A stretch of DNA of 64,000 nucleotides from Burkholderiales bacterium (GCA_035275265.1 DATENC010000004.1:75843-139842); one strand, 5' to 3'. Counted from the first letter of the stretch, positions 1-8,853 are shown. Notes: a model not told the origin generated them from the letters alone. Made by a program: numbers and translations.

Positions 1-97
1 TACCCTTGTTTTACGCGTTCGAGAAAAGCGTGTATCAGGCGAGAGGTTGAAGAGAGGCCCGCGACCGGCGGATTGGCGAAAGCAAATCCGCCGCCGC

Positions 98-302
98 GGG
101 AGGGACGAGGGAACAAGTGCAGGGGCGAGGGGCGAGGGACGAGGAGCGAGGGAAGGACTGTCTGTAGTAGCGGTGATTGAGGGATCAAGGAATTGGGTGA
201 TTAGCACCCATCTCTCAATCACCGCACTACTTGGTAACGCCAGTGAATGGCGAATGGTTAGTCGTTAGACTAAATCGCCCAATCGCCCAATCGTCCAATC
301 GC
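98..302. repeat. mosaic word-repeat locus R1 (G-heptads 98-156; GATTG-word palindrome 172-224; AATCGCCC octads 272-302)
   Basis: Tandem GAGGGAC/GAGGGGC words. GGTGATTGAG pairs with CTCAATCACC. An 8-bp stem hairpin lies just upstream at 67-92. Confidence 0.85.
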
Positions 303-408
303 AGGCGTCCCTCGGGCGATGCGCGATTGAATAGAATGGGACGACAATCCACAGTGCTACGCTGACTGCCACCGATTCCATCCCATCAACAACCGAGCAT
401 AGTCGACC

Positions 409-864
409 ATGATCCAGACCCGCCCCTTGTTTACCCTAACGGTGCAGGTTCCGCGCGTCGTCGATCTCGGCGACACGCCGAACGGGCATCGTCGCATCGC
501 CACCGTCTCGGGCGGCACGTTCAAGGGCGAACGCCTGAACGGCACGGTGCAGGCGCCGCCCGGTGGCGACTGGATCCTGGTGCGCACGGATGGCACGATG
601 GTGCTCGATGTGCGACTCACGCTCGAAACCGATGACAAGCAACTCGTGTACATGTCGTATCGCGGCCTGCGGCACGGACCGAAGGACGTGATAGCGCGCC
701 TGAATGCCGGCGAAGCGGTCGATCCGTCGACCTACTATTTCCGTACGACGCCGGTATTCGAAACCGCTTCGAAAAAGTACGACTGGCTCAACCGCATCGT
801 CGCCGTGGCCACGGGCAGGCGCGAAGCGAGCGGGCCGATCTATGACGTGTTCGAGGTGCTCTAG
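409..864 (+). CDS. DUF3237 family protein (UPF0311-like beta-barrel)
   Basis: 151-aa ORF with the motif series GDTPNGxR, GGTFxG, GGDW, FET and YDWLN typical of DUF3237. The next gene starts immediately after its stop. Confidence 0.8.
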   Translation: MIQTRPLFTLTVQVPRVVDLGDTPNGHRRIATVSGGTFKGERLNGTVQAPPGGDWILVRTDGTMVLDVRLTLETDDKQLVYMSYRGLRHGPKDVIARLNAGEAVDPSTYYFRTTPVFETASKKYDWLNRIVAVATGRREASGPIYDVFEVL

Positions 865-1836
865 GTGCGCTTCGTGATTGTCGGCGCTGGTGCGCTAGGG
901 TCCATCTATGCGGCTTACCTTGCCCGCGCTGGGCATGAGGTTTCACTGATTGCGCGTGGGGAGCGAGCCGCGGCACTTGCCAGGCGCGGCATCGGAATCG
1001 TGGGACAGGATTCGTTTTCAATCCCCTGCAATGTTGTCACGCAACCGGAAATGTTACGGGAGGCCGACGTGGTCGTCGTGGCCACCAAAACCTACGACAC
1101 CAAACCGGCGCTGACGCCGCTTCGCGGTCTCCGCGTCAAAAGCGCCTTTTCCGTGCAGAACGGCGTGCTCAAGAACCAGCAGCTCAGCGACGTTTTCGGG
1201 CCGCAGGCGACGCTCGGTGCGATCAGCATGATGGGTGGCAACGTCCTGCCAGCCGAAGGAGACCTGCCTGGCGCGGTGCGTTACAGCGTGGCCGGTCCGA
1301 CAACGATCGGTGAACCTGCGGGCGGTGATTCTTCACGTGCAAGAGAGATTGTGGAGACGTTCGAGAGTGCAGGCCTGAAGGCGCGCGCTGCGGACGACAT
1401 TACGTCGATCGAGTGGTCGAAGTTCGTCGCCTGGTCGGGTTACAGCACGTTAGCGGTAATGACGCGTCTTAACACGTGGCGCTTTCTGCTTGACACCGAT
1501 ACGGCCCTGATCGCCGCCCGCGTCATGCGAGAAACCGCTGCCGTCGCGATACGCCACGGAGTCACCCTGCAGGACAGCGGCTTTACCAGCCGGGATTTTA
1601 TCAACGCCAGCGAGGAAGACGCGGTCAAGGCGATACAAGCCCACGGCGAAAAAATGAGGACAAACGCACCCGACTTTCGACAATCGATCCTGCAGGACGC
1701 GGACCGCAACCGGCGCCTCGAGGTTAACGAGACCCTGAATTACACGATGGCGCTGGCAGCGAAACTGGGCGTTGCAACACCGACACTCGACCTGTGCTGT
1801 CGAATCCTCCGGGTAGTGTCACGTGCTGCCGAATAA
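865..1836 (+). CDS. 2-dehydropantoate 2-reductase family (PanE/ApbA-like) oxidoreductase
   Basis: GTG start. N-terminal Rossmann motif VIVGAGALGSIYAAYLARAGHEV and a C-terminal ApbA-like helix region (GVATPTLDL). Confidence 0.8.
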   Translation: MRFVIVGAGALGSIYAAYLARAGHEVSLIARGERAAALARRGIGIVGQDSFSIPCNVVTQPEMLREADVVVVATKTYDTKPALTPLRGLRVKSAFSVQNGVLKNQQLSDVFGPQATLGAISMMGGNVLPAEGDLPGAVRYSVAGPTTIGEPAGGDSSRAREIVETFESAGLKARAADDITSIEWSKFVAWSGYSTLAVMTRLNTWRFLLDTDTALIAARVMRETAAVAIRHGVTLQDSGFTSRDFINASEEDAVKAIQAHGEKMRTNAPDFRQSILQDADRNRRLEVNETLNYTMALAAKLGVATPTLDLCCRILRVVSRAAE

Positions 1837-1840
1837 GCGC

Positions 1841-2031
1841 AGAACTGCAGGGGCGAGGGACGAGGGGCGGGGGCGAGGGACGAGGGAAGAGGAAATAGGT
1901 AAAGGTGGGTTCGTATTTACCCTTCACCCCCACATGCACCCGGAGGGGTGTCACTCTTTTACTCATTTATGGCCGAAGGCCGGTATCCCCTTGCGGGGCA
2001 CTCATTCACTTTTTCACCCTTCACCCCTCAC
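1841..2031. repeat. mosaic word-repeat locus R2 (A-D-E-C modules) between convergent genes
   Basis: AGAACTGCAGGGGCGAGGGACGAGGGGCGGGGGCGAGGGACGAGGG, then CACATGCACCCGGAGGGGTGTCAC (1931-1954), GGCCGAAGGCCGGTATCCCCTTGCGGGGCA, and CCCTTCACCCCTCACC. Confidence 0.9.
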
Positions 2032-2034
2032 CAT

Positions 2035-2745
2035 CTAGTTCAGCCCCGCTGCAATCTTCTTGATTTCGTCCGCGCTGCGCTCCCCAGCTAGCGGCGTCCC
2101 CGGCATCAGGTACTTGCCTTTTTCCAGCCCGCCGATCAGCACCGGTTCATAGCCGACATCGCGTATCAGGCGTGAAGCGATCTCGGCGGCCTTGGCGTCA
2201 TCGCTCGCGATCGGCATGCCGACTTTCCCGGGCTCCTGGTACGCCGCGCCCATCTTCGCTGCAGCGATCGCATTGAAGGCGCGTACCAGACGCGTGCCGG
2301 GCAGCAGCTCCGCCGACGCCAATCCTGCGCCTTTCTCGAGCGCCCATTTCCCGGTCTCGCCGTCGCGGTGAGTAAAGGGATTGTTGGTGTCGATGACGAT
2401 CTTGCCCTTGAGCACATCCGCCAGGTCTTTGCCGACGGAAGGCAACGCGTGATACGGAACCGAGATCATCACCACTTCGCCGAAGGTCACGGCCTCGCGT
2501 GGCGTCCCAGCCTTGGCGCCGCCACCGAGTCGCTTGGCGAGTTCCTTGTCGTGTTCGATGTTGCGCGAGGAGAACATGACTTCGTGGCCAGCCCGCACCC
2601 AGGTGGCGCCGATGGCGCCGCCGACGTTGCCCGAGCCGACGATACCGATCTTCATCTTGGATTGGGCGAATACAGGGAAGGGCAAGGCACTCACGACAAT
2701 GGCTGCCCCGACGAAAGCGACGAATTCACGACGGCTTTGTTTCAT
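2035..2745 (-). CDS. NADP oxidoreductase, coenzyme F420-dependent family (Npd-like), with a Tat-type signal peptide
   Basis: ATG at 2745 preceded by GGAGGAA. N-terminus MKQSRREFVAF...VFAQS (twin-arginine motif) followed by KIGIVGSGNVGGAIG Rossmann. ATGA overlap with the upstream gene at 2742-2745. Confidence 0.75.
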   Translation of the reverse strand: MKQSRREFVAFVGAAIVVSALPFPVFAQSKMKIGIVGSGNVGGAIGATWVRAGHEVMFSSRNIEHDKELAKRLGGGAKAGTPREAVTFGEVVMISVPYHALPSVGKDLADVLKGKIVIDTNNPFTHRDGETGKWALEKGAGLASAELLPGTRLVRAFNAIAAAKMGAAYQEPGKVGMPIASDDAKAAEIASRLIRDVGYEPVLIGGLEKGKYLMPGTPLAGERSADEIKKIAAGLN

Positions 2746-3680
2746 GGCAATTCCTCCATTAGTTGGATCATTCGTTTTCTCATGGCCGCATCCGGCAGCC
2801 GGCCCACGGCGCCGCCCATGTTGTCCGCCATGTTCGAAGGCCGGCTGGTGGCTGGCGTGATGGCCGTGACGGATGGGTGGCTCGCAATGTATTTGAGGAA
2901 GAACTGGGCCCAGGAGTTCGCATCGAATTCGCGCGCCCAGTCGGGGACCTCGTGCCCCTTCACCCGCTGCCATAGCCGCGTGCGACCGAAAGGCATATAG
3001 ACCAAAACGCCGATGCCCTTGTCGCGCGCGAGCGGCAGGATGGTCTCCTCGACTTGACGATTGTCGACGGCGTAGTCGATGCCGATGAAGTCGATGCGTT
3101 CCTTGCGCATCAGCTGCACCAGGTCGGCGTACTGTTCAAAGGTGGTGGTGACTCCGATGTAGCGGATGCGACCTTTCTCCTTGTAATCGCGCAGAATGGG
3201 AAGCTGGGTGGGAAGGTCGCCGAGGTTGTGCACCTGCACGAGATCGATCGCCGGTTTGCCGATGCGCCGGAAGGACGTTTCGAGCTGTTCGCGCGCCGCT
3301 TTGGGATCCGCGGACCCGCCGCCGCGCGATGCGACATTCAGTTTGGTCGCCCAGAAAAGTTTCTTCTCGATCTTGAGCTCCTGCGCCATGCGTCCGGCCA
3401 CCTCCTCGGAGGCGCCGTAGGAGGGCGCGGTATCGAAAACCCTGCCACCGAGGTCGACCATCTGCTTCAGGACCGCGCGCAATGCGTCGACGTCATCGCT
3501 GCGCGCGACCTGCGCGAAGGTGGCCGAGCTGCCCAGGCCTACGATCGGGAGCTGCTCGTTGGTCCCGGGTATGACGCGCGTGATGAGCCCGGCGGGGTTG
3601 GCAAGCACGGCTCGCGGATTGAGGGCCAGCAATCCACCGGCACCCATCGTCCGCTGCAACCATTCACGACGGGAAATCAT
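2742..3680 (-). CDS. aldo/keto reductase with a Tat-type signal peptide
   Basis: N-terminus MISRREWLQRTMGAGGLLAL, then AKR-like regions (FDTAPSYG, QVHNL, YIGVT). ATGA overlap with the upstream MFS gene at 3677-3680. Confidence 0.8.
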   Translation of the reverse strand: MISRREWLQRTMGAGGLLALNPRAVLANPAGLITRVIPGTNEQLPIVGLGSSATFAQVARSDDVDALRAVLKQMVDLGGRVFDTAPSYGASEEVAGRMAQELKIEKKLFWATKLNVASRGGGSADPKAAREQLETSFRRIGKPAIDLVQVHNLGDLPTQLPILRDYKEKGRIRYIGVTTTFEQYADLVQLMRKERIDFIGIDYAVDNRQVEETILPLARDKGIGVLVYMPFGRTRLWQRVKGHEVPDWAREFDANSWAQFFLKYIASHPSVTAITPATSRPSNMADNMGGAVGRLPDAAMRKRMIQLMEELP

Positions 3681-4972
3681 GCAGGAGTTCCTTGCGGTTG
3701 TGCTTCGGTACCATTCGCCTGCGCGCGCTGGGCACGGCCCAGCCAGAGGCCAAGCGCGATCCACGCCGCTGCGAGCGGAAAAGCCACGGCGGCAAGCGCG
3801 CCCAATCCCATGCCCAGCCGCCCGAGAAGTCCCTCGCTTTGCGCGCCGACCAGATCTCCCGTGCGATACACGAACGTGTCGATGAACGCCTTTGCCTTGT
3901 AGCGGTCAGCGCGCGGCACCACAGTGAAAAGAGTCTCGCGCGCCGGCCGCATAATGCCACGCTGCACGGCGCGGAAGGTGGCCTCGAAAGCGATCAGTGC
4001 CGCGAGTGATCCTGCGATCGCCAGACCCAGAAAGCCCAGCACGGCGGTCAGCGGCAACAGGGCCAGCGTCAATGGCACCCCCAGGCGCTTCATCAGGTGT
4101 CCCGTGACGATCAGTTGCAGGACCAAGGTCGTCACTTGTGTGATGAGGTCGATGTGCGCGAACATCGTCGTGCGCGTGTCGACGTCGGTTCCCAGCGCGG
4201 CGACCATCTGCAGGCGCGTGAAATACAGGAAAGTGACCATGATCGCAAGGATTAGCACGTAGCCGCAGATGCCCAGGAGGTAGGGCGAACGGGCCACCGA
4301 CTGCAACCCCTGCCAGGCGCTGCCGCCGATCACCGCATGCTCCTCGCGCACGACGCCGGGCTGGGCAACTTCGGGCCGCAGCCGCGTGACCCACCAGGCC
4401 GCACCGAGCGCGAGCACGAGGAACGCCGCCGCGACGAGCAGTAACGCTGGCGTGCCGAGCGGTTTGGCCAGTTGGCCCGCGAGCCACGGTCCAAAGATTG
4501 CTCCCAGGGTTCCGCCCACCGCAATGGCGCCGAAGAATCGCTTGCCCTGGTCGAGCGTGAAACGGTCCGCCATCAGCGCCCAGAACAACATCGTGGCGAA
4601 CAGGTTGAACACGCTGAACCACACGTAGAACACCTGGCCGGTTCGCTGTCCGACGCTTTCGGGTGTAAGGACCAATAGCAAATAGAACGCCACCAGCCCG
4701 AAGGCGAAGAAAAGGTAGGTCGCGTTGACGAAGACGAGGCGCCGGAACCGGCTCACCAGCCAACCGAACACCGGGTTCACCAGCAGCGTCACTAGCACCG
4801 TGCCCACGAACAGCCAGCGCAGTGCTTCGATGCCGCGCTGCATGCCGAGGGCCTCGCGCGCGGGCCGTATCACCATCAGCGCGGTGAGCACGCAGAAAAA
4901 GAACAAGCCGGCGACAAGCGCCGGTCCGACTTCCTCGCGGCGGATGTTGGTGAAGCGCTGCAGGAAGGTCAT
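3677..4972 (-). CDS. MFS-type membrane transporter, Npt1/Npt2 (ATP/ADP-translocase-like) subgroup
   Basis: 431 aa with about 12 hydrophobic segments. The N-terminus (IRREEVGPALVAGLFFFCVLTALMVIRPAREALG) resembles nucleotide-transporter-like MFS proteins. First gene of a three-gene overlapping operon. Confidence 0.65.
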   Translation of the reverse strand: MTFLQRFTNIRREEVGPALVAGLFFFCVLTALMVIRPAREALGMQRGIEALRWLFVGTVLVTLLVNPVFGWLVSRFRRLVFVNATYLFFAFGLVAFYLLLVLTPESVGQRTGQVFYVWFSVFNLFATMLFWALMADRFTLDQGKRFFGAIAVGGTLGAIFGPWLAGQLAKPLGTPALLLVAAAFLVLALGAAWWVTRLRPEVAQPGVVREEHAVIGGSAWQGLQSVARSPYLLGICGYVLILAIMVTFLYFTRLQMVAALGTDVDTRTTMFAHIDLITQVTTLVLQLIVTGHLMKRLGVPLTLALLPLTAVLGFLGLAIAGSLAALIAFEATFRAVQRGIMRPARETLFTVVPRADRYKAKAFIDTFVYRTGDLVGAQSEGLLGRLGMGLGALAAVAFPLAAAWIALGLWLGRAQRAQANGTEAQPQGTPA

Positions 4973-4975
4973 GAC

Positions 4976-5240
4976 AGGGACGAGGGAAGAGGGACGAGGG
5001 GCGAGAGCCGAGAGGGACTAAGGGAGATCACAGCCGGAGGGTCAATGAGTGAAGGGTAAGAGAACCGGATACGAGTGACAAGTGACAAGTGACGGCGAAT
5101 GGCAGTGAAGGGTGTGACACCTCTCCGGGTGCATGTGAGGGTGCCCCGCAAGGGGATTCCCACAAGGGGATACCGGCCTTCGACCATAACCGGCCTTCGA
5201 CCATAACCAGCCTTTGGCCATAAATGAGTGAAGAATGAAC
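4976..5240. repeat. mosaic word-repeat locus R3, the largest, containing all module types
   Basis: G-heptads, GTGACAA words (5075-5092), reverse D motif 5113-5136, and reverse E block with a 17-nt unit CCGGCCTTCGACCATAA in 2 copies plus 1 degenerate copy. 5141-5201 is identical to the reverse complement of 18932-18992. Confidence 0.95.
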
Positions 5241-5383
5241 ATCAACTGCTTTTCACCTTTTACAAACGCCAGAGATTTCGTATGCTTTGAGCGTAGCCTA
5301 TGAACACATGGACTATGCCGTGCGGTTGCGACTGCGGCGCTCGGCCCACATCTTCAGACCTTATAACTCAGGAGAAGAACATC

Positions 5384-5815
5384 ATGACGAGGAAGTCACT
5401 ATTGCTTGGTCTTTCGCTATTTGCCGCCGCTGCGTTCACCTACCCCGCTGCGGGTGCAGGGGTCGGAACGATGACCGCTGCCGATGAATTGCAATGGCAG
5501 GAGATGGCGCCCGGTTCGCCGCTAAAACTCGTGGTGCTCTGGGGTGATCGCAGTAAGGGTGAATACGCGATGCTTCTGAAGATGCCCGCCGGGTTTGTCG
5601 CGCCGATTCACGCTCACACCGGGGACTACTACGGTATGAACTTGACGGGAACCTGGCGCCACTCCTTTGACGGTGTCGCGGAAAAGACCATGCCACCGGG
5701 CTCCTATGTGTTTCAACCCGGGATGGGAATGCACGGTGATTCCTGCGTGGGACCCGAAGACTGCATTTTGTTCGTTCATCAACACGTGAAGGGCGATTTC
5801 ATTCCAAAGCAATAG
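5384..5815 (+). CDS. secreted cupin domain protein
   Basis: ATG at 5384 after AGGAGAAG. Signal peptide MTRKSLLLGLSLFAAAAF, then a cupin-like HAHTGDYYG...GxxxH core. Confidence 0.65.
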   Translation: MTRKSLLLGLSLFAAAAFTYPAAGAGVGTMTAADELQWQEMAPGSPLKLVVLWGDRSKGEYAMLLKMPAGFVAPIHAHTGDYYGMNLTGTWRHSFDGVAEKTMPPGSYVFQPGMGMHGDSCVGPEDCILFVHQHVKGDFIPKQ

Positions 5816-5926
5816 ACGCTGCCTTTAGGCTTCCGTTTCCGGTTTCGCTGAAACCATCGATCGCTTCTCGGCGCCGCGCGCTGGTTGCACACAAATGTAG
5901 CCGGGCGGCAAATGAGGGAGAAAGTC

Positions 5927-6976
5927 ATGCCACGAAAGCTGGGTCACAAGGAGCCGCAGCAATTCACCCGTCGCCGATTCCTGGGAGCAGCGGCAGCAGG
6001 TGCGCTGGCTTCCGGTTCGCTGGGTAGCGCTGAAGCACTGGGCGCAGCTCCAGAGGGCTGGCCGATGACCGAAAAGTGGTTTCCGTCACGTTGGGGCGCA
6101 GGCGATCAGGCAGGCGCTTCCAATCTGATGACCTCACAGAAAGTGCTTGAGGCCACGAGCCTGATCAAGGTCGGGAAAGTCCACAGCTTGGGACGTGTAT
6201 ACGAAGCAGGTATGCCCTTTTTCGGAACACGCGGCTGGAACCTTAAGATTCCGAGCGCGCCTTTTTACGGACCGGCCGGTCGGAACAAACTTATTGCCAA
6301 TGAAGAATACCTTTGCGCGGAGATCGGACAAGTTGGGACACAGTTCGATGGCTTGTCTCACATCGGTGTAGAGACCAAAGGTCCGCACGACAGCTCCGGC
6401 AAGCTTTACTACAACGGGTTCAATGGCACCGATGTCCATGGCGCGTTTGGCATGAAGAAGCTCGGTATCGAGCATGTCAAGCCGCTTGTGACACGAGCGG
6501 TGATCTTCGACGTGAAAGGATTGAAAGGTCGAAACCTGGAGAAGGGGGAAGAAATTAGCGCGCAGGACCTCCGGGACGCACTTGCCCGTCAACGGCTAAG
6601 CGAATCCGACTTCAAGGAGGGCGACGTCGCGCTCGTGCGTTGCGGCTGGGGTGATCAGTGGATGGTGGTCGACAACAAGAAATACTACGACGGCGAGCCA
6701 GGGGTGGGCCTCGATGCGTCCCAGTGGCTGGTGGATAAAGGGGCTTGCCTGGTCGGGGCCGACAATTGGGGCGTGGAGGTGATTCCGAACCCGGATCGCG
6801 ACCTGAACTTTCCGTGTCACCATTTGCTGCTGACGATGAACGGGGTATTCATGTTCGAGAACCTGAATCTGGAAGGCCCCGTGCGGGACGGCACCTGGAT
6901 CGGTGCATTTTTCTTTAGTCCCGTTCCCGTGAAGGGCGCAACAGGATCCCCAGGAAATCCGCTTTTTATTGTTTAG
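5927..6976 (+). CDS. cyclase family protein (kynurenine-formamidase-like fold) with a Tat signal
   Basis: ATG at 5927 after GAGGGAGAAAG. TRRRFLGAAAAGALASG twin-arginine signal. Cyclase-family core, but the usual HxGTHxDxPxH motif reads QVGTQFDGLSH. Confidence 0.65.
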   Translation: MPRKLGHKEPQQFTRRRFLGAAAAGALASGSLGSAEALGAAPEGWPMTEKWFPSRWGAGDQAGASNLMTSQKVLEATSLIKVGKVHSLGRVYEAGMPFFGTRGWNLKIPSAPFYGPAGRNKLIANEEYLCAEIGQVGTQFDGLSHIGVETKGPHDSSGKLYYNGFNGTDVHGAFGMKKLGIEHVKPLVTRAVIFDVKGLKGRNLEKGEEISAQDLRDALARQRLSESDFKEGDVALVRCGWGDQWMVVDNKKYYDGEPGVGLDASQWLVDKGACLVGADNWGVEVIPNPDRDLNFPCHHLLLTMNGVFMFENLNLEGPVRDGTWIGAFFFSPVPVKGATGSPGNPLFIV

Positions 6977-7118
6977 TCAACCTTTACTTGCTCACCCTCA
7001 CAGGCTTGCAGGTGTTCTCTTGGCGTCTTCGGGCCTAGAATAATTGCGCGCTGCGTAACCGTATCGTTCTGTCCGGGGCGCCGCCTGAACGGATTTATAC
7101 AGCCGGGAGAGCGTACAG

Positions 7119-8732
7119 ATGCTGGACTGGATCAAGAAGGACAACGGCCGTCCGGACCATCCGCTGCGCAATCCAGCGGCGGCCGCAAAGCTGCTTGCCG
7201 AAGTACGCGACTTCGATCCACTCACGGCGCTGAACGAGCTGAGCGCGTGGCTTGATGCGGTCAAGGGCGCCCCCAACAACGACGAAACAGTCCGCGGCGA
7301 GATTCTGTCTCTGATCCAGGAAGCGAGCAGCGCGCACGTATCCGCGCTATTGGCGCAATTTCTCGTGCCGCACAAAGATCATCGGGCGCCACGCGGGTCG
7401 GACTGGAACACCCTTCACCGTTACGTTGTGGGGCTGACGGGCGCGCTCACCGTGTCGGCCAGAATTCTGCTGACACAATCGGCGACGACCCCTTCGCTCC
7501 AGCTTCCCGGAGCAGCAGGCGCCGCGCGGGGAATTCACGCCTCTCGCACACTGGCGAAAATCTATCTCGTTCGCTACTTCAGCGTCCCGCCCAAGCTGTG
7601 GCGGCTTGCGTATGCAGTTCATGCCGACGCGGAGAAGGCTGGTTGCGCAACAACGCCCGTTCGCATGCACGCCACACAGAAAACGTCAACGAGCGTGACA
7701 CAGGAGTTGCTGCGGATGCTGATGCTGCAGTCAAGTTCGCCGGAGATGATGTCGCCCGAACATATCGAGGTTGCCGATCATGTGATCGAGCAACTGGGCG
7801 GAGATTTTACGCTGCGCCCGCGCGGCGTCGCCGACAACCCTTTCTGTTTCGATCCGGCGAGCGACCTGGCACCGCACCGCGCGCCCGCACAGCCGCCCAA
7901 TCCGGATACCGGAATTCGCTACTTCGGGGCAGGAACGGGATACGATGCCCTGGATCGACTGCACAAGCAGTTGGTGTCGACAGGGATCGCGGATGGCAAG
8001 CTCTCGGGCAAGGACATTCCTGTCCACACGCAAATCTCGGTCATCAAGCAATTGCTCGCGTTCTGGGGTCAAGCGTCTCCGTACTTCCCACCTGCCCGCA
8101 CGCCTGCTACGGGCCCGCTGCAGGTCGTTCAGGGCTATGCACAGATCTGGCAGCACCTGTCGCACGTTGGATCCGCTGCCACCGAGCTCGCGCTGGTGGA
8201 AGACGGCGACGTCGCAACGCAGCCCCCGGAAACGTGGGCTCTCCACGACACTGGCGGCAACGAACTCGGCGCGGAGATTCCGCAGCGATCGAGCGACTGG
8301 GTGCGATGCGGCGACCTTGTCGGCATCACGATGCCTGGCAGTGACGAGTGCTGGCTCGGCGTGATCCGCTCCATGCATGCTGAGCCCGATCGCAAGCGGC
8401 ACGCCAACATCTACGTCATGAGCCACCTTCCGCAGGCGGTGGAGATGCGCCCGGTCATCGCGAAGGGCGAAGTGAACATCCTCTCGGAGGCTGCGGCGCG
8501 GCAGTTCGGCTTCAAGAGCGTGCACGCGATCATCGTGTCAGACGGTGCCGGAGCGCCGCAAAATGCGAACTTTCTGTTGCCACCCGGCAGCTGGGAGGAG
8601 GGCCGCGTTTACGAAGCGACGATTGGGGGAGCTCCGCATTTCCTCCGCAGCCTTCTCCTACTGCGGCACGGCGACGATTTTGTGCGGGCGACGTTCGAGT
8701 GGGTGCAGAAAAGCAGTGAAGGACAGGTGTGA
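7119..8732 (+). CDS. hypothetical protein (537 aa), no confident domain
   Basis: Long ORF with coding-like composition. Its stop TGA lies in the first word of repeat locus R4. The C-terminal part (WALHDTGGNELGAEI...CWLGVIRSM) is faintly PilZ-like, which is very tentative. Confidence 0.6.
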   Translation: MLDWIKKDNGRPDHPLRNPAAAAKLLAEVRDFDPLTALNELSAWLDAVKGAPNNDETVRGEILSLIQEASSAHVSALLAQFLVPHKDHRAPRGSDWNTLHRYVVGLTGALTVSARILLTQSATTPSLQLPGAAGAARGIHASRTLAKIYLVRYFSVPPKLWRLAYAVHADAEKAGCATTPVRMHATQKTSTSVTQELLRMLMLQSSSPEMMSPEHIEVADHVIEQLGGDFTLRPRGVADNPFCFDPASDLAPHRAPAQPPNPDTGIRYFGAGTGYDALDRLHKQLVSTGIADGKLSGKDIPVHTQISVIKQLLAFWGQASPYFPPARTPATGPLQVVQGYAQIWQHLSHVGSAATELALVEDGDVATQPPETWALHDTGGNELGAEIPQRSSDWVRCGDLVGITMPGSDECWLGVIRSMHAEPDRKRHANIYVMSHLPQAVEMRPVIAKGEVNILSEAAARQFGFKSVHAIIVSDGAGAPQNANFLLPPGSWEEGRVYEATIGGAPHFLRSLLLLRHGDDFVRATFEWVQKSSEGQV

Positions 8733-8826
8733 GGGACGAGGGGCGAGGGACGAGGGTAGTGACAAGTGACGAGTGACAAGTGATGGGCCTAGCGGCAGTA
8801 AGGGAAAAACGGGAAGAACTGCAGGC
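8714..8826. repeat. mosaic word-repeat locus R4 (G-heptads + GTGAC heptads)
   Basis: GAGGGACGAGGGGCGAGGGACGAGGG followed by AGTGACAAGTGACGAGTGACAAGTGA, then CTAGCGGCAGTAAGGGAAAA and GAACTGCAGG. Confidence 0.9.
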
Positions 8827-8853
8827 GAAAGCATTATTGCTAGCGCACCGGCA

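Noticed and set aside
47-268. ORFs translating the word repeats (47-268, 1823-2038, 16223-16529, 37078-37290 and others)
   Set aside because: Their products (GRGARGEGRG, HPHMHPEGCH and similar) are just translations of the intergenic repeats in arbitrary frames and orientations. They have no start context.
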